Shown here: one piece after another, positions 54,117 to 64,000 of the stretch
How the letters are laid out: each line of letters opens with the position of its first letter
Numbering within the stretch: position 1 is the stretch's first letter
Source: a bacterium
GTDB taxonomy: Bacteria; UBA8248
Assembly (NCBI GenBank): GCA_965213685.1
Contig: CBDBZY010000064.1
Span: forward strand, 192,001 to 256,000
Length of the DNA: 64,000 nt
Direction: 5' to 3'
Made by a program: the position numbers and the translations under genes
The notes under the pieces: generated by a model
Told to the model about the DNA's origin: nothing
The model's database searches: none
The model's input: the letters and a program-made list of their open reading frames with translations, nothing else

Positions 54117-56568
54117 CTAGAGAGATTGGTACTTTTCACCTCTCTTGTAGCAAGGACTAATCATAAACAAGAAACCATCCTGAAAAAGAGTGAGGTAATT
54201 TCAGTTAATTTACAGGTACAGATAACGATATAAGTAGTGTTGTGTGAAACAAAACTGTACAAAAGTCTGTTATTATGAAGTTGATTTCAACATCAATCGA
54301 GCCAATGCTCTCCAGAAATTATTACTGTGTAAAGCATTGAGGACTAGTGTGTATCTACATCTAATTTACCACTGTGCATTATGAATTTTTTTCACCCACC
54401 TTAATAAGAAAAGGCAAATCCTTCCAAAATGAATAATTGGGGATCACCTCCAAACCTCGTGCTCCTTTTTGAACATACATATAGATACCTCCAATCACAA
54501 AGTATGCTATTAATGCACCAAGAGCTCTGCAATAGGTGAAGAAAAACTGTGGTGGAGCAATGCCTTTGACATGATTCTGCAAGTAAGTCACATCCATTTC
54601 CACTCTATACCCATACAGTGGTCTATATAGCCCCTCAACCCAAAATAAAGAGTAATTGCTTGATTGCAATGTTTGATACTCATGTTTGTAATAGTATTAA
54701 CCCATTTCATAGGTTTCATAATAATATATTGGCCTGGGCCTAGGAATGCACACGAGACGTTTGGAGTCGTCATCAATGCACTATCGATATGAGTGCAGAC
54801 AATGACTTCATGTCATGGTCCTTTACAACGTTACTGCTATTGGCTTGTTGAGCATTATTTGGACCAGATGGACTACCACACAAGAACCCCCTTTAATGAA
54901 CTTGAAATGCAGTGTGACATACTGATGTCATAACTGTAATACCAGGAGGTTAAAAGTGCTGCCAGTACCTGTATGCTCCTAGGAATACCTGAATTGTATT
55001 TTGAGCCAAAACAGCTACAGAAGTCACACCAATAAATAAGACCAATCAGAGAGTCAGTAGACTCTCTATGTAGGGATGGCACCTTTTCATATATTTTTGT
55101 ATTCAGCACACTTGCTTGAATATCAGGGTTTGAATGTAGCTTTCACACAAATTTACTTCTGTTTCCACCGAGTATTATCTTTTATAAGTGCACACATTAA
55201 ATAATGAGATCACTTACAGGAAAATTATTACCAGACCTATGGGACCTGCTATGGTTCCTCCACTTCCACTTCCACTTCCACCTCCTCCATATGGAGCTAC
55301 TCCTTTGCCATTTACCTCAAAGTACTGCGTGTAAAGGAGGAAGAGCAGTAATAGAAAGAAGACAAGATGAAAATTCGATTAAAGTATGAAATAGGGTTTT
55401 ACACGTTTGTAATGTGTCATACACGAATACTTCCACAGCTACGTAGAAGAAAGGTACACAGTGTGTACAAAGGTACATAGGGTCATTTCATCTCAAACAT
55501 ATATGATAGATATTGTGGAGTTTATACACGTACATAAAGCAGTGTCTTGTCATCTTCCCTTTCATACTTAAATGTAGTAGTAGTATCTGTGTTTCTTGTA
55601 AAGGTCACTTTTGTTTCTCTGGAAAGATGGTGAAATCACAATCAGGAGTACATTTACTTTGCAGTTCAATCTTTTTTAACCAGAGTCATCTCAACATAAG
55701 CAAGCATTGTTGCAGGGAAGTCAGAGCAAAAAAGCATCATTTAAGCATGTGATAGTAATTTAACAGCCTTTCAATGACCACAATTGTCCAGACATCCCCT
55801 CCTATACATGACTCCCCTACTGTTTTGTGGCTTCCTTGTATTCATGCACATAGCCCTTAACAAACACATCCTTGTTCTGTTTGTACAGGTTGTACGGATG
55901 AAAGTAACTAGCAATCATTGCAAGATACAGTTATGCGGTATAATTATAGAGACACACCTTTTGCCATCTCCATCTTTATACATGATTTCAAACTTCAGAG
56001 AACTGGAATTAGAATTGATGATGGTCCAATTCATGTTTGTGGCTCGGCCCAGTGAGACTGATGTTTTTTGGCTCAGAATATCCTGACAAACCTGTGTAAA
56101 AACATACTCTGATAGGCAAGTATAAACATGTAAGTACTAAGCATACTGATTCTTTATGACATCCAATCATTTTGATTACTGCATTTTCATTCAAAGGGAT
56201 CTGTATATACATTGTTGTACTGCTTGAGTTCTGGTGTATTTTTCATTTCAATCTAAGACTTGAGTGCTGCGTTATGACTTCTTGTCACTTGTACAGATCA
56301 GTTAGTGGTCATGGACTGCCTAGTAAGCATGTGTAGTAATTTCAGTGTTTATGCTCAAATTTATCATGTATTCAGTACACTTTCCCAGTAAGCATGCAAT
56401 ATGATCCACAAGCACATACATAAGTAAGTACAATGAAGACAGATAATACGCATGAATGCTCACACAGAACTTACAACGCTGGGATCACCAGTACTGCCTT
56501 CACATACCACAGGCTTACATGGCATGTATGAAAATTCATATTTGTCCTCTGAGTCTGTAGCTTTAGCA
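54117..56568 (-). CDS. Cation-dependent mannose-6-phosphate-receptor/ATG27-like type I membrane protein, paralog 1; 5' exons not located
   Basis: Phase-compatible GT-AG exons 56568-56475, 56091-55958, 55618-55534, 55324-55218, 54526-54400, 54179-54117; AYFVIGGIY..GARGLEVIPNYSFWKDLPFLIKDGFLF..YQSL. Confidence 0.82.
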
Positions 56569-59009
56569 CTGCATGGAATACGACAATGAAAAAGGATGAC
56601 AGTTAATGTTATAACAAACATCTAAAGGTTGAAGATGTGCTATAATACCAGTACTGCTGCCCAAAATGCATAGCCAGGCTGTGACAATTATATATTGAAT
56701 TGAAGGGTGGACACCTAGCAGAAGCTAAACTCTGTAGGTAAAGAAAAATACAATCTTTTTTGTGAGTCATCTTGTACCCTTGTACCCTTATGGACACTGT
56801 GTTGAACAGGTAGAAAACAGTACCAATATGAATTCATATTCTTATAATATTCAGGAGAATTTTCCTCTCTCCATAATTATATCCCACAATAGTAAAGCAA
56901 TATTTATGGTTGTGCTTTATTCACACTCCAGCTAGATTATTTGTCTCTCAGCCAAGTCACATGATCCTCAGAAACATAAGATATAGTGCTATGAGCTCAC
57001 TAAAGAGAAGAGAAGTGGATCACTGTACAAGAGGCAGTAATACATACTAGTAGGAGGACACTGATTATACAGCAAACCATTTGTATAGCTTTTGAGCAAC
57101 AGAGAAAGCTATGCATATATATTATATAATTATATACATAAAGGCTGGTTACTCTACACCTGTCTCCTGCATGTATACAGCAATGTGGCTACCGAGGCAA
57201 ATGAAAACCATCAGGTGTGTATTATTTACTGTTGGTCTTACAACTTGGTGTACAAAGTCACCTGGCAGGTCCAGGCAACAAAAACGGAATAAGGGTGGTG
57301 TATGCACACGCAGACCAAAGACAAAGTGAACTAAGCACACAGGTATTCATCATGCAGAGAAATATAGAACCTGGCAATAGTTGAGTCCCAGCTACAGTGA
57401 ATTTCATAACTCAGATTGGAAACTCATTTCAGTGGTTCCCAAGAGATTCTCCTTGTTCAACCTCATGGCACCATACGTGCACTTTTTAGTGATACATTCT
57501 AGCTCGTAGACTATAGTTCTCTTGATGGGTCACCCTAAACCATGCACCAACACTCAACGGCATCTGTAACATAACACCATTGTGTGTAAGAACTGTCCAC
57601 TACTGGAAAGTGTAGTTGTTGTTATAAGTATTGTCACCTACTCTAGTTACGTGCACATGCCTGAGCTAGTGCAACACCTGTACAGCGGCGCATTAAGGTA
57701 ATCCCCCAGGGAATAGAATAGAATATGCACAAGCTCTAGGGGAAGAGGAGGGAACAGATAGCCTTGCCACAACAGCACCCCACCCACTTTCAATAGAAGC
57801 GACGTCTAAGAAGTGTACTAGTACTCTGACTGGCTGCAACAGTGACTACCACGGCGCGAACGAAACCGCTGTAGTTAGCTGCGCGTAAGGCTGAATTCTC
57901 TCACGTTCAGCGCACAGGTAGTGTCGTGGTGTATACATGTAGTAGTTTTCTGAGGTTCCTTAGTGGCTAGGTACATACGTGTATGTATGTATACACAGAC
58001 TTACGGGTATGAAAGGCCGATGTGGTTGAGATTAATGGTCAGCTTGTTGTCACTAGTTGTACAGCTGCAGTGGTCAGAAGATACATGGCATTGCTCGGCG
58101 CTCCTCACTAACGCCAGTCCTGCCAGAGCCAGTACTAAACACGCCCAGCGATTATCCATAGCGTTTGGAAAACACAGAAGAGGAGGGTCTTACTAGGGCT
58201 CTTTGTGTCTACGCTGCTAAACAAGAGTCATGTGATTTGGTCTACACGCGCATGCCCACGCAGATAGGGTCACATCTCGCCCTATGTCCATCCATCGGCG
58301 AATGAATGAGCTTAACGCCTGAGTATGCAAGTCTACCTTGCAAATTTCGCCCACTTTTCACAAGGCCACAATTTACGTGTATCAGTCACAGCTCTACAGT
58401 CCCAAGACTCGTCTCCCATGCACGCGCAAAAATCAAATTTTTGGAATGCCTATAGTGTATCCTGTGCTCCTAAGGGACGGAGTGCTTTCCTCTGCCTACG
58501 CATCGTAGTTACATACCACACAGCATTTCTTGCATGTTATCTTCAAAGGACATAGGTAGGTGAAGAAAGTGAGCAATGCACTGCACACAGAGATTTTAAA
58601 GCTTGGTACGAAGTATCTATAGATCTAGGTATCTCATATCTAGGCACTCACTATAACAAAGGAGTTTAAAGTGACATTTCCTTTGCAAATATGATCATTT
58701 GTTACTGTAGCATTTCTTGTCCAGAGTCACCTCAATGTATGCAAGTACTTCCATGCTTTAGGAGGTGGGAAGCTAGAAAACTGGGACAAAGCACATCATC
58801 ATCTCTACATTCAACAAGCCCTTCAGTGTCTGCATGTGCAATCATGTAGAAAGTCTCTCCAATATATGACTTCTTATGGCCTCCTTGGATTTTTGATAAC
58901 TATATTTACACCATTTGTATAGATGCTTGAAAAGTAACTACATGTAGAAAGTTCAAACTGTACAAAAAATGACAAAGCAAACATAGTTATGTGACAACAC
59001 ATCTATCAT

Positions 59010-59143
59010 GTAGTATCTCAATCTCTGTATGTGATTTGAAATTTCAGAGAACTGGATCAAGCATAGAATATGGTCTAAATCATGTTTGTATTCCATCCCA
59101 GTGAGATCAGTGATACTTTCTGTTTCAAAATATCCAGACAAAC
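59010..59143 (-). pseudogene. Stop-containing paralog of M6PR-like exon 55958-56091
   Basis: CAG|VCLDILKQKVSLISLGWNTNMI* with similar flanking intron. Confidence 0.65.
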
Positions 59144-60696
59144 CTGTGTACAAGTATGCATACTCTAGAAAAATAGACATGTAACTGTTATAAAGTGCTG
59201 GCATTTCAGTATTATTTTTTTCTATGAGTTTATACAATTCTGCAATGGATATACACATAGCAAGTATTGCTAATACACGACATCCCTTACAACAATATGC
59301 TTCTAAGTGACGACTTAAATGATGATAAGGTACTACACTGGGTTGCAAAGGATGAGGATAGGTTGTCACATGGAGTACATTGTGGCACATTTCCTCTGTG
59401 GGTGTGTAATGGCTTGGCTGTTTATGTGCTGTTTGCATTATGACTTGGTTTACTCAATTCACATGACAGGCCCCATCAACTTGAAAGGTAGTGTGCAAAC
59501 CTAAATAAATACATTACTGAAAATACATGGCAATAGATGAGCCTCACCTACACTGATTAAAAAATACTCCCCTTCCCATCAGAGATGATGATCATATTTC
59601 CTGCAGCACCCCAGCCACGATACAATACAGAGAGCAAACTCATTTCTAGAAAGCAAATGGGTTCCCACAAGATTTTCTTTGTTGATCCTCATTGCATACA
59701 ATGCACAGGCAGAACCTTTGAGCTCATAAACTGGTGCACCTGCATGGTGGAATACACTCTACACCTTGCATCAACACCTCAGAGTATATGTGCTGCATAA
59801 CAGTCCCATGTACAGGAGCTACCCTCATCCCCACTAAGCCTTCGGGAAAGTGTAGTGATATGTTGCCGACCCTATTCACCTTCCCTTGTGAATGAGGTAG
59901 TGCAGCATATTATGTGGTGATTCAATGATCTCCCACATAGCAAAGGTGATCTGTAAATTTTAGTGGAAAAGCACGAAGCAAGTAGTGTTACCACAGCTGA
60001 AGCTCACTCACTCTCAATAGAAGTGACATCTAAGATTCTAAGAAATGGGACTGCAGGAATGACTACCAAAACCATGGTTTTATAGCTACATCCAAAGAAC
60101 AGAATGTAGGCAATTTTGAGGGCAGGGCAATTTGCGATTAAAAGCATCATGTGAAGCACTTCTCACATGATGCTTAAAGTTTACTCCTCTCAGATCCCAG
60201 GCCCAGTGCCTTACCTTACGTTGGTTCTTCAGTGGCTATGCATGCATGCCCACGCAGATGAGCATGTACGTAGTCTATGGGCTTTCGTACCAGTGTATGA
60301 ATGAGCTCAGTAGCTATATTCATGGGTCTACCTCAGGTTTCGCCCACATTTCACTCGGCCACAAACCATGTGTATCAAAATATTCCCTTCCCTGCTCTTT
60401 GGAATACCCATAAGGTATCAGGTGCATGTAAAGGTACCAAAACTGCGGAGAAATGTTCTCTCCCTAAGCATTGTAGCTATATGTACCACACAGTATTTCT
60501 TACATGCACACATATCCTATATAATCCAAGTTTAAAGTACAGTATTGAAACAAATTGAGCAATGCAGTACAGACAATACTGAGCAACAGTGTTTATCCAC
60601 TTTGGTGTGCAATTATCAGCAACTCACAAGTAACATAAACATATTGCACTCAAATAATAGCAACAATGAATGCTAGTGTGAGATGTCGTGTTTTAG

Positions 60697-62053
60697 TTAA
60701 AAGGATTGGTACTTTTCAGTCCTCTTGTAGCAAGGACTAATCATGAAAAAGAAACCATCCTGAAGTAAAAGAAGAAAAGGTTAATCATACTGTGGTTGCA
60801 CCATCATTAGAAACAATACCAAAATGCACCAAATAGGCCTAAAACTTCATTAATTTTGATGGCTTTAGTGAGAGCTAAATTCTCTCTACCCTCCTTCCTT
60901 ATACAATATACATTACCTTGATAAGGAATGGAAGATCCTTCCAGAATGCATAGTTTGGAATCACCTCCATACCTCGTGCTCCCTTTATACGATACATGTA
61001 GATACCTCCGACAACAAAATATGCAATTACTGCACCTAAAGCACTAGAGAGAGACATAACAAAAGCACTCCATACAACATAGTCCTGTGAATAACAGAGC
61101 ATTTGCACCATGTTATACATTTGGTAGAGGATGCTGGTCATAATTGTAACCCTGACTCACAGAAATATGAGCACAAGGCCTATTGGGCCAGCTATGTCAT
61201 CGCTTCCTCCACTTTTCCCTCCACTGTTTCCCTTGTATGGAGCTATGCCACTGCCTACAACATTGAAGTACTGTGTGCATAAAGTGAAAGTAGGCGTTGA
61301 GAGGAGATGAGTACAACTAAGATCACATCAATGCAGTTTCTTGACCAATGCTCTAAACAATGGATGAATAATTTACGTACGTATATATATTGATCGTCGT
61401 CTTCTTGATCAAAGGTGAAGGTGGTACTTGATGTGCCCTTACTGAATGATATTACTGCAGATCTGAAAGTAGGAATAAACATTACTAAGTACAGTCTCAT
61501 GACTGCTGGCACCTCACATGATATATGAGGGGCTAGCATGAATGACAATACCAATGTAGTCTGAGGTTTTAATTCCTACTGACACATTATACTCACCTAT
61601 TTAAATAACCAAACTATACACAGATGTTTACTTGATGGCTCGAGGAGGTATAATACACTATCAATGTACCTTACTATTCCTTTTGCTTCATCTCCTCCTC
61701 CATAAGTGATTTGAAACTGCAGATTGTTTGGGTCCGCATTTGTGATGGTCCATTGAAAGTTGGTATACCTTGACACAGAATACTCATTACTTTCTTGATT
61801 AATCGCCACCTGGCAAACCTGTACACAGTTGTAGGAAACCACAAAGCATTATACTTGCTTTATCTACTGAAGGTAAGAAGCTAAAGCTCAACCTACACCA
61901 AGTGTAGCCTACTGACTGTGCTCATATTTATGTGTGTATACTCTACCCCAGAGTCATACACTCACAGTGCTGGGTTCACCAGAGCCACATTCCTGAGCTG
62001 GACATGGTGAGTAGTAATAGAAATAGTTTTTTATAGTGTCCTTATACTGAGCA
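60697..62053 (-). CDS. M6PR/ATG27-like protein, paralog 2; 5' exons not located
   Basis: Exons 62053-61966, 61818-61670, 61462-61381, 61270-61161, 61043-60917, 60759-60697, with the same intron phases as paralog 1; ends YQSF. Confidence 0.85.
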
Positions 62054-62726
62054 CTGCAGAATTGTAAATGAACAGAAGAATGATATGTGCATACAACAAA
62101 CTGTAGACAAGCTTATTGCATTATTAACATAATGTTAGATGCAGCAGAGTTAATACAACAAGTTATTACAGAACTAATACAGAAGCCACAAGAATAAGCT
62201 CAGGTAACAGTTCTATTAACTAGCCAATTGCTGGTGTGCTGCTGATGGCATGTACCTTTCATCTACATGTCTTGAATGGATGTGTATAGCTTTCTTAACC
62301 AGTGGAACAGGGATCCCAGAAGCTTCATCCAGTATACAAACACTACTCCAATTAGCTATCTATCCTGCCTCATAGGCTCTGCAACAACTGATCTGTCAAC
62401 TTTTACAGATGAGCTACAGCTGGGTATTCCCATGCTACACCTCTTCTTTGAAGCACATGATTGTTACATACTACCAAACAGGGCAGTGCAAAATCACATT
62501 CATTGACTATATACATCACCTATTCCCATGAGATCACCATGCAAACTATGACCATATCAATGTTAAACACATTCCACCTCTCCACTCTTAGTTACATGGT
62601 TCCTTTAAATAATACATATATGGGGGAGGCAAGCAACCCCCAATTCTCTCTAGTAGTCTACTTTGTTCATGAATCAAACCTTCTCTTACTTGGTTTACAT
62701 TGCAATGCTGACACCTACAATTCTGC

Positions 62727-63499
62727 TAGTCTCGTGAACCAGACCGTAGGGAAAATACGGTCTGGCCAAACTCGCCAGGTTTTCGTTTCCGCTTGGAATG
62801 TTGTCACGTTTGAATAATTAGCAATAGGAACTTAACACTATACATAAGCAACCGCAACGGGAGGATTCCGCCATGAGCGATACAGCTAGCTCTTGCTTTT
62901 GCTAGTCTGTTCTTTTCGACACACACAAACCTACAGCTACTGAATGCCACCGCCTTGGTTGGCTCGGTTAGTTAGTTGGGTGGTGGAGTATGCACTTTGT
63001 CTCCGCATAGGTAAACGAAACGGTAAACGAGCGGTCTATGGTCTCCGAATCACACATAGCACAATGACGTCCATCCTTCTAACAACGGACGATTCTCTTA
63101 TGCGTTTAGCTGGATCAACAAACCTAGAAAACTCAGTGTGGAGTCACCCGTTTGCGGCTCCGTTGTGTAATGGGGTAAGGGCTAGGCTAGGGACTACAGC
63201 ATACGGTCATTTGGTAGAGAAACGGCTACTATGATGGCTAGACTATGGCTAGAATAGAGCTAGACTCAGAGACTGGCATCTGCAGGGCTGGCTAAGCTTG
63301 TAAAGGTAGAAGGTTGATTGGGTTCCAAACGTTCCGTATTAGATGATTACCGCATACCGGTAATCTGATTGGTCGCACCGAGATCTCAATGCGAGATAGC
63401 TTATTCCACGAAAACCTGGCCAGTTTGGCCAGACCGTATTTTTCCTTCCTCCCCTCCCCGCATGCGCGTTCACGAAATACGGTCTGGTTCACGAGACTA
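62727..63499. mobile_element. Non-autonomous TIR transposon with 9-bp TSD (AcademH-like by TAG termini and TSD length)
   Basis: CAATTCTGC|TAGTCTCGTGAACCAGACCGTA...TACGGTCTGGTTCACGAGACTA|CAATTCTGC. Confidence 0.85.
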
Positions 63500-64000
63500 C
63501 AATTCTGCATTTCCAGCCTTCAGACCCTGCTAGACAGTGTAGACCGATGCAAACATGTTAGTTTTCACAAAACCTTCTCCTATGCTTACTGCCTATACAC
63601 TAAACCTTGACGTGAATACATTAACCTGCACAATATCAAACTGTCATATAACTGACCTTCAAGGTAACCCATCATAATAATTGTACAATACCCCTACTAC
63701 AGAGAGAGCTGATTATGGCCCTATATTTGTCATGCCATGCCATGGCAGTGAGGGAATTAAGTCTTCCTGTGCTGGTAGTAAGGAGTATACTAGCACCAAC
63801 CAGGGTTCTATCCACTGGGGGGGGGGGGGGGGGGGGGGGCTTCTCCTCCAACCCCCCAACTTCCCCCCCAAAACTTGGTCACTGATCATGGCATCCAAGA
63901 AATTTTTGCATCAAAAGTGACTTAAAGACACCTCAAAATCAGAAAATTTCCTGGAGGATACTCCCCCATACCCCCTACACACTATGTATTTCTGTGGTAG

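Noticed and set aside
56600-57350. Candidate first exons for M6PR-like paralog 1 (and 62200-63600 for paralog 2)
   Set aside because: No convincing signal-peptide exon with compatible splice phase found by eye.

Overview
Repeat-rich animal genomic DNA. Demosponge origin is inferred from the repeat and gene families, not verified. Positions 1-42 kb are mostly nested mobile DNA: (i) a decayed Penelope-like retroelement with its GIY-YIG endonuclease N-terminal to the RT (Naiad-type, 1-7000, minus); (ii) six copies of a non-autonomous Helitron-like family (5'-TC...CTTG-3', A|T target, no TSD, empty site in this window) ending in a ~330-360 bp fold-back whose arms share copy-specific mutations and whose loop occurs in two orientations; (iii) a ~25 kb inverted duplication (7001-31694) centred on a head-to-head LINE pair, with a TA excision footprint; (iv) many MITEs, tRNA-derived elements and a SAND-domain ORF resembling LINE ORF1. 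Host genes are a single-coding-exon sulfatase with an inverted pseudogene, a single-exon Cys-rich multipass membrane protein, and a tandem cluster of spliced M6PR/ATG27-like genes. All calls are by eye; no searches or alignments were run, and family assignments rest on recalled motifs.
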